DNA from: an archaeon
GTDB lineage: Archaea > Nanobdellota > Nanobdellia > Pacearchaeales > GW2011-AR1
Length of the DNA stretch: 64,000 nt
Reading direction: 5' to 3'
Assembly (NCBI GenBank): GCA_030620045.1
Contig: JAUXAD010000001.1
Location: 24,088-88,087, forward strand
The first letter of the stretch is position 1, and each line of letters begins with the position of its first letter. The notes under the pieces were generated by a model. The model ran no database searches. It saw only the letters and a list, made by a program, of their open reading frames with translations, and was not told where the DNA came from. Position numbers and translations under genes: made by a program. Shown here in pieces: positions 58,556 through 64,000 of this stretch.

Positions 58556-59550
58556 TTTATTAATTTAAGGAACTTATTCAATGAAAAATTCTTAATAGTT
58601 TTGTAGCTTTTAATCATTTCATCATTCCATTTATCAATTTTTCTTGTTTGATCTTTATGTTGCTTTTTTTGTTTTTCATCCCAAGCAATAACTCCAAGAT
58701 ACCTATTTTGAATAAAATAATACAGGGCTTTTTTCTCTTCTTTATTTAATTTCACATATTTTTGATATTCTCTTAAATATAATTTTAGATGTTTTTTCTT
58801 AATTTCATTTTTTTTAATAAATGAATGAGAGATAAAGTTAGCTATTTCTTGAACAAGAAAATCTTCGTGCACATCATCCCAATCAATAATCGCTTTTAAT
58901 TTGTTTTTGTCGACAATGAGATTACAAGAATGAAAATCTCCATGAATTACGCTTTTTCTCAATTTTCTTTTATTTAATTTTCTTATTTCTTTTAAAAGAT
59001 AACTTTCTTCTTTTGTAAAATCAAAATCTCCTATTATCCCTGCTCTCTCATCCATTCTTTTAAATTGAAAATCTCTTTTCCAAACATATTTTCCTTCTAG
59101 CTTCATTTTCATGAGATTTTTATTTAATTTAGCTTGTTTTTTAGCTATATCTTTTACTAAGCTATTTGTAAATTTTTTTGGTTCTCTCCCACTTACAAAT
59201 TTTTGAATTAGAATTCTGTGATTCTTATAAAAATGCAGATCTTTTTTTTGTTTTGTTTTCATAATTTCGGCTATAGGGAGTCCTTTTTTAAATGCGAAAT
59301 TCATTATTCTTACCTGATAATTTATATAATTTGGATCAGATTTTTCATATATTTTTAAGATATATTTTGCCTTGCTTGTCCAAAAGAAGTAAACTGTATT
59401 TTGAAGTGCCAAAGTAACATGTTTGCTTAATCTATATTTTCCAATAGCATACTTTTCTAGGATTTTTTCAAAATCTTTTTTTGAGAGTTTTGTTAGGATT
59501 GTCATTTTCCTCTTTAAATGTGAACTTAGGTTAGGAAAGGTCAGGTTCAC
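58552..59550 (-). CDS. aminoglycoside-phosphotransferase / homoserine-kinase-II (APH/CotS) family kinase
   Basis: N-terminal LSKKDFEKILEKYAIGKY ... NTVYFF ... YILKIYE; catalytic loop HGDFHSCNLIVD ... IIDWDD. Confidence 0.6.
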   Translation of the reverse strand: MNLTFPNLSSHLKRKMTILTKLSKKDFEKILEKYAIGKYRLSKHVTLALQNTVYFFWTSKAKYILKIYEKSDPNYINYQVRIMNFAFKKGLPIAEIMKTKQKKDLHFYKNHRILIQKFVSGREPKKFTNSLVKDIAKKQAKLNKNLMKMKLEGKYVWKRDFQFKRMDERAGIIGDFDFTKEESYLLKEIRKLNKRKLRKSVIHGDFHSCNLIVDKNKLKAIIDWDDVHEDFLVQEIANFISHSFIKKNEIKKKHLKLYLREYQKYVKLNKEEKKALYYFIQNRYLGVIAWDEKQKKQHKDQTRKIDKWNDEMIKSYKTIKNFSLNKFLKLIK

Positions 59551-59614
59551 GATGCTTTAGGGTGCCCTAAGTATATAAATTTAACGTAGAAAAGGAAAAA
59601 TTAAAGAAATTTGA

Positions 59615-59929
59615 TTAATCCATTTCGCTATATCCGGGCTCCATTGCATCAATTCTTCTTTGAACTGGTTTTTTGAACCTAGGTGAGGTTTGCGCAATAG
59701 TTTTTTCAATTCCTAAGATATGGTCTCTTACACCAGAAAGATATTTTTGGATGTCTTCTATTGGGACGATTGAAGCATAAGATGTATCTTTTTGATTGAT
59801 TACAATATGAGAAATTTCACCAGTTAAATTATGTCTCTCAAGATTTAAAGAATCTTTCTTTAGAACTCCCACTTGATGTAAGATTCCATCAAGAATGTAC
59901 CATTCTCCTTCTTGTAATTGTATTCGCAT
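59615..59929 (-). CDS. hypothetical protein
   Basis: 104-aa ORF; no recognisable domain. Confidence 0.3.
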   Translation of the reverse strand: MRIQLQEGEWYILDGILHQVGVLKKDSLNLERHNLTGEISHIVINQKDTSYASIVPIEDIQKYLSGVRDHILGIEKTIAQTSPRFKKPVQRRIDAMEPGYSEMD

Positions 59930-60140
59930 TGCTTTAGGATATAATTCCCCTTTTTAAGAATTATTGTTATGAAGGCCATTCATTTGAGTGTCTCAATAAT
60001 ATCTTATAGGATTTGCTTAAGAGTGTGCAAGGTTGTAGTTATATAAGTCCTCTTAAATTTTTCAATTAATTTATTAGGCGCGGGTTGTGCACTAAGGCTA
60101 CCTTAGTTCGATAGCTTTTTATGCTGTTAGATGTTTGCGG

Positions 60141-60189
60141 CTGTTTAAACAGGCTGTCCAAGGGTGTTTTTTTGAACAAACAGCTGTTT
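60141..60189. promoter_or_regulatory. two perfect 12-bp palindromes built from the half-site AAACAG (CTGTTTAAACAG at 60141-60152, AAACAGCTGTTT at 60178-60189) upstream of the 60293 gene; candidate operator
   Basis: Direct reading; the same half-site recurs at least five more times inside the downstream gene. Confidence 0.4.
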
Positions 60190-60292
60190 TTCCATAAGAA
60201 ACCTGGGTCTTCGACACTCTTTACCGTCGAAGGAAAAGAAGTTTTATCGTCGGGAACAAAAGATTTTTAAAGTTAGTTTTGCAAAGATTATC

Positions 60293-60919
60293 ATGTTTGG
60301 GTGGTTTTTTGGAAAAAAAGAGGTTGAAAGAGTAAAAGAAGAAACAAAAAAGGGTTTTGAATCTGTAAAAAAAGATGTGGCTTCTGTTAGTGGTTGGATT
60401 AAACACCTTGATTCTGAAAAAAATTTTCAAAAAAGAGAAATAGAAGACATAAAAGACGTTTTATCGACGATAAAAGAAGAGCTTGAAGGTTTAAAAAATA
60501 TAATTTCCATCATAGGGGAATTGAAATCTAGTGGGGTGTTTAAAACAAACAAACAGCTGTCCAATAAACAAACAGCTGTTTATGCTGTTCAAACAGGTGT
60601 TCAAACAGGTGTTCAAACACCAAAATTAGACCAATTTTCAATAACTGAAAGAGCAATACTTTGGATCTTGCTAAATACAGATATGAAATTAAGTTATGAT
60701 GATTTAGCAGCTATGCTAGGAAAAGAAAGATCTACTATTAGAGGGCAAATAAATACAATAAAACAGAAAAGTGAGGGCCTAATAGAAGAAGCAATTGAAA
60801 GAAATGGTAAAAAAAGAGTGTTTATTCCTGAAAAAGTCAAAGAAAAAATGCTTAAAAAGACAAAAGTGAGGATTAAAAATAATAAAAAGGGCTCTAAACA
60901 GAGAGTTTCAGAGTATTAA
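60293..60919 (+). CDS. coiled-coil plus C-terminal winged-helix DNA-binding protein (paralogue of 60981-61679)
   Basis: N-terminal K/E-rich coiled coil, a repeat-encoded linker (TAVYAVQTGVQTGVQT) and a C-terminal HTH LSYDDLAAMLGKERSTIRGQINTIKQK plus wing. Confidence 0.5.
   Translation: MFGWFFGKKEVERVKEETKKGFESVKKDVASVSGWIKHLDSEKNFQKREIEDIKDVLSTIKEELEGLKNIISIIGELKSSGVFKTNKQLSNKQTAVYAVQTGVQTGVQTPKLDQFSITERAILWILLNTDMKLSYDDLAAMLGKERSTIRGQINTIKQKSEGLIEEAIERNGKKRVFIPEKVKEKMLKKTKVRIKNNKKGSKQRVSEY
60587..60633 (+). repeat. about 3.9 tandem copies of the 12-bp unit gttcaaacaggt inside the 60293 coding region
   Basis: Direct reading; encodes (VQTG)n. Confidence 0.7.
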
Positions 60920-60980
60920 GTATACAAAAGTGAGAATATAATAGCAGGGATTATAGTTATTCGGTGAAGAGGAAAACTAA

Positions 60981-61679
60981 TTATAAGTCTCTAAGTTGTA
61001 AAATCGTGGGAAGTGAGACAATTTTCTTAAGTTTTTTAGAAATATTTAATCTAATATACTTATTATTGATTTTAGTTTTGTCGACGGAGATTCCTTTTTT
61101 TATAAGTCTTCCAACATAATCTCTAATAGAACTTTCAGTGAGATTTAGCCTTTCTGAGAGAAGTTTATAGTCTGAATAGCCTAATTCTTCATCTAATTGA
61201 TATATTGCTGAAAAAACTAAAAATTCTTGTTCTGTAAGCCTTTTGAATTTGAGTCTTATTTCTTTTCTTATATTATCAAGAGAATTTAAGATGTTTAAGG
61301 CATTTTCCATTGAATTTTCTGCATTTCCATAGGAAATTGGGGTGTGTCTGTTTGTCTGTTTGTCTGTCTGTCTGTCTGTCGAAGCCCCTTGGCTTCCAGT
61401 GGAAGTACCTATATCTTGGCCTTTTAAGGTCTCTAAAGGTACATTATGTGTTGGAAGATGTGTCGAATGTGTCGAAGTTATGTGTCTGTCTGTCGAAATG
61501 TCTATAGTATTATTTTGATTAAAATTATCTATTTTTTTGTTTATTTTTTTAACAATTTCACATATTTTTATCATTTTTTTTCTATTTTCAGTTAAATTTA
61601 ATCTTAGAGAATTAATCTCTTTTTTTAGAGAGGTTATCTCTTGTTTTACTTTTTGGAATGCGTCCTTAATTAAATCCAT
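60981..61679 (-). CDS. coiled-coil plus C-terminal winged-helix DNA-binding protein (paralogue of 60293-60919)
   Basis: Same architecture; linker encoded by (GTCTGTYT)n; the C-terminus LTESSIRDYVGRLIKKGI plus wing. Confidence 0.5.
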   Translation of the reverse strand: MDLIKDAFQKVKQEITSLKKEINSLRLNLTENRKKMIKICEIVKKINKKIDNFNQNNTIDISTDRHITSTHSTHLPTHNVPLETLKGQDIGTSTGSQGASTDRQTDKQTNRHTPISYGNAENSMENALNILNSLDNIRKEIRLKFKRLTEQEFLVFSAIYQLDEELGYSDYKLLSERLNLTESSIRDYVGRLIKKGISVDKTKINNKYIRLNISKKLKKIVSLPTILQLRDL

Positions 61680-61711
61680 TAGAAAAAGAAAACATTCTAT
61701 TATTTATAATT

Positions 61712-61987
61712 TTATATAAAATCCTGATGTTTTTTGTATGTTTGATATACGACATCACTTATTTTCCATCTAGATCTTTTCAAATAACAAATTCCTTTGG
61801 GATTTTTTTTTATTTCAATAACTAATTTTTTATTTTTTAACTCTAAAAGAAGTTTCTTGATGAATTCTTCATCTCTAGCTATTTCCTGGGCAATATGTGA
61901 TGTAAAAAGAGGCTTAGGAAAGACTGAATAGAGTAAAGCAAGAATTTGCTCTAAAATCTTTTCTCTTTTTTTTTCAGATATTTTCAT
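61712..61987 (-). CDS. small winged-helix transcriptional regulator
   Basis: 91 aa; HTH FTSHIAQEIARDEEFIKKLLLELKNKKLV plus wing. Confidence 0.45.
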   Translation of the reverse strand: MKISEKKREKILEQILALLYSVFPKPLFTSHIAQEIARDEEFIKKLLLELKNKKLVIEIKKNPKGICYLKRSRWKISDVVYQTYKKHQDFI

Positions 61988-62037
61988 AGATTAAAAAATA
62001 AAAAGATTTATTTAAAGGTTTGGAGTAATCAAGAAGT

Positions 62038-62469
62038 TTATTCGTTCTTTTTTTCAGAAACTTGATCTTCTTTTTTCAAAGAAGGTAGTGGAATATGCAC
62101 TGGAAGATTCATTTCATCTTCTAATTGAAGGGCCTTTAAATTAGATTTCTTTAAAATAATGTTAAATAGTGTAATTCTGAAATCTTCAGACATTTTTTTG
62201 CTCTCCCATTCTTTTAAAATATCTTTTGCAATCTTAGGTTCGACTGCAAGAAGAACAATTCCAGCAAGCTCTATTTTAGCAAAATCAGGATCATAATTTA
62301 TACTATAAGCGAATTTAACTTCGACAAGTTCTTCTTTTGTTTTAAAAAAATCAGATTTAATGTTTTTTATTTCAGAAACATCAATTTTTGTATTAATTTT
62401 TAGATTTTCCACTGTATCGTTCAGTTTCTCTATATTAATTTTATTGAAATTAAATCCTATAATTCGCAT
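62038..62469 (-). CDS. hypothetical protein
   Basis: 143 aa; no recognisable domain. Confidence 0.35.
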   Translation of the reverse strand: MRIIGFNFNKINIEKLNDTVENLKINTKIDVSEIKNIKSDFFKTKEELVEVKFAYSINYDPDFAKIELAGIVLLAVEPKIAKDILKEWESKKMSEDFRITLFNIILKKSNLKALQLEDEMNLPVHIPLPSLKKEDQVSEKKNE

Positions 62470-62515
62470 TTTATTTTAATCAAAAAAGTATTTTTAAATA
62501 TTGTGGCGGTCTTTA

Positions 62516-62776
62516 TTAAATTAAATCTTCTTCTGAAACAATGACAAAGTCCCCTATAGCAATAATAGCACTATAAGGAATTAAAAGTTCATTTGAATTT
62601 GTTCTTTCTAAGTTAAGATTTTTTGTATAAGGTGTTGAATCTTTTACAATGATATTAATAAGTTCCCCAGATTTAGTTTCGAAAGTTATATCTTTAACAA
62701 AACCTAATCTTTTACCTTCCTTAGTTACAATCATTTTTTCTAAAATTGCACTAAATAGGTTTTTGTTGTTTTGCAT
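62516..62776 (-). CDS. PRC-barrel domain protein
   Basis: 86 aa; LGFVKDITFETKSGELINIIV ... LLIPYSAIIAIGDFVIV fits the PRC-barrel pattern. Confidence 0.55.
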   Translation of the reverse strand: MQNNKNLFSAILEKMIVTKEGKRLGFVKDITFETKSGELINIIVKDSTPYTKNLNLERTNSNELLIPYSAIIAIGDFVIVSEEDLI

Positions 62777-62899
62777 ATCAAAGTTAAAAGAAAATAATTT
62801 ATAAACTTTTCTGTAAGATTAAATAGATTTAAGAGTATACAAATAGACTTAAAAATATATATTTAATTTTTAAATATTTATTAAATCTTTAGAATTATA

Positions 62900-63180
62900 A
62901 AATTTCTAGGAATCTTCTCTCACCCCTTGGTTTCATATAGAAATATTTAAAAAAGAAATTCTTATTATTTATTATTTATTATTTATTATAAATATTTATA
63001 TTATATAGTATATATATTATTAATAATAATAATAATAATAATGTTTAGCTAAAATAGCCAAAAATGAAGCCTCCATTAGAAATATAGGTGTTTTTCTTTT
63101 TTAGTAGTTATAATTATTTATATAATAAAACAATTTATTATCGTTGAGATATATGAATCTAAGAAAATTTCCATAGGAAA
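62900..63180. promoter_or_regulatory. candidate oriC: ORB-like elements (aaatttctaggaat at 62900-62913; palindrome tttccataggaaa at 63166-63180) flanking an AT-rich unwinding region upstream of orc1/cdc6
   Basis: TTCCATAGGAAA is one base off the archaeal mini-ORB palindrome TTCCAGTGGAAA. Confidence 0.5.
62962..63041. repeat. microsatellites in the putative origin: (TTATTAT)x4 at 62962-62989 and (TAA)x7 at 63021-63041
   Basis: Direct reading; extremely AT-rich. Confidence 0.8.
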
Positions 63181-63234
63181 TAGACGTGGGAGAAGTATAT
63201 TTTTGACAAAGTAATTAAATAATGAAATATTAAA

Positions 63235-64000
63235 ATGACAGCAGAAGTTGATGAAATTTTCGAATCTTTTGATAAGAATAATATTTTTAAAGATAAGTCT
63301 ATTTTACAAACTAATCATCAACCCAAAATTATTCTTCACAGAAGTGAACAAATAAAGCAAATTGCTGCAATACTTGCTCCTGTTTTGAGGGGTGAAAGAA
63401 CAAGTAATTTATTTCTTTATGGAAAAACAGGTACAGGAAAGACACTTTCAATCCAATACATTAGAGATGAACTTTTAAAAAGAGTTAAGAAAGATGCTGA
63501 CTTTAAACTAAGAATTGAATATTTGAATTGTAAATTAAAAAAAGTTTCTGATACTGAATATAGAATTTTAGCAGAACTTATTAAAAAGTTGGGAAGTACA
63601 ATTCCTGCTACGGGATTACCTACACAATCTGTATATAATCAATTTATCAAAGTTATTGATTCTGAAAAACAATTACTTGTGTTAATTCTCGATGAAATTG
63701 ATCAAACTGTTAAAAAAATTTCTGATGATTTTTTATATAATTTAACAAGATTAAATTCTGAGCTTTCTAAAACCCAAATATGTATTGTAGGTATTAGTAA
63801 TAATTTGACTTTTTTGGATGAGCTTGACCCAAGGGTTAGGAGTTCGCTTTCAGAGGAAGAAATTGTTTTCCCACCTTATAATGCATTGCAATTACAAGAA
63901 ATTTTAAATAAAAGGGCAGAAGATGTGTTTAAGGAAAATGTTCTTCAGGAAGGCGTTGTCGCTAAATGTGCTGCTTTTGCTGCAAGAGAGCATGGAGATG
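63235..64000 (+). CDS. cdc6: Orc1/Cdc6 replication initiator, N-terminal AAA+ part (continues past the window)
   Basis: LFLYGKTGTGKT Walker A; ILDEIDQ Walker B; the ORF is open to the window end. Confidence 0.85.
   Translation, partial: MTAEVDEIFESFDKNNIFKDKSILQTNHQPKIILHRSEQIKQIAAILAPVLRGERTSNLFLYGKTGTGKTLSIQYIRDELLKRVKKDADFKLRIEYLNCKLKKVSDTEYRILAELIKKLGSTIPATGLPTQSVYNQFIKVIDSEKQLLVLILDEIDQTVKKISDDFLYNLTRLNSELSKTQICIVGISNNLTFLDELDPRVRSSLSEEEIVFPPYNALQLQEILNKRAEDVFKENVLQEGVVAKCAAFAAREHGD

Noticed and set aside
60060-60125. GC-richer stretch ggcgcgggttgtgcactaaggctaccttagttcgatagc considered as a tRNA fragment or att site
   Set aside because: No cloverleaf can be drawn; only weak similarity to the T-arm (GTTCGA) of the local tRNAs.
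61310-61507. 65-aa plus-strand ORF (CLSVCLSVCLS)
   Set aside because: Antisense reading of the (GTCTGTYT)n repeat inside the 60981-61679 gene.
1-64000. CRISPR arrays
   Set aside because: No regularly spaced 24-40 bp direct repeats with unique spacers were seen anywhere. The repeat arrays present are coding tandem repeats or microsatellites.

Overview
This is an AT-rich (roughly 30% GC) archaeal chromosomal segment. The archaeal assignment rests on ribosomal proteins L18e and L21e, RNA polymerase subunits Rpo3 (encoded by rpoD), Rpo4 (rpoF) and Rpo10 (rpoN), the oligosaccharyltransferase AglB, and an Orc1/Cdc6 gene next to an AT-rich origin. The small-gene, DPANN-like style is only an impression.

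From left to right the window contains:
1. 1-2.4 kb: housekeeping genes (cyclophilin, a methyltransferase).
2. 2.5-11.6 kb: a nuclease-rich accessory island. It has a co-directional operon encoding a membrane-anchored Hjc-like nuclease, a Cas4-like 4-Cys nuclease, a phage MuF-like domain protein and two unknown proteins. Next to it is a convergent candidate restriction-modification (R-M) pair (restriction endonuclease/REase plus DNA methyltransferase/MTase) with a small zinc-ribbon ORF overlapping the MTase start. Further right are a large SAM-methyltransferase/Mrr-like nuclease fusion, a stretch of gene debris (a RadC fragment, a duplicated eIF2B 3' end, a frameshifted NYN gene) and an orphan MazF-like gene.
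3. 12.6-46.6 kb: a roughly 34 kb protein-glycosylation and surface-glycan island. It contains AglH, AglB, at least seven glycosyltransferases, about eight SAM methyltransferases, two B12-binding radical SAM enzymes plus a third radical SAM, a sulfotransferase, a fucosyltransferase, AsnB, a flippase, and GDP-fucose, UDP-xylose and heptose precursor genes.
4. 46.6-57.5 kb: SecDF, three tRNAs (Gly, Arg, Leu) on the minus strand, an rps13-rps4-rps11-rpoD block, L21e-RpoF-DUF655, an ABC exporter, RpoN, an ORF-masked 5S rRNA, a second tRNA-Leu, and L18e-L13-S9.
5. 57.5-62.8 kb: a putative integrated-element-like region. It carries a kinase/serine recombinase/Ogt operon and two paralogous coiled-coil winged-helix proteins surrounded by an AAACAG half-site array with perfect palindromes.
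6. 62.9-64.0 kb: a candidate oriC (ORB-like palindromes flanking microsatellite AT-rich repeats) followed by a partial orc1/cdc6 gene.

Three conserved genes (NYN, aglH, FtsX-type permease) are each broken by a single-base deletion in a homopolymer run. No CRISPR array was found.
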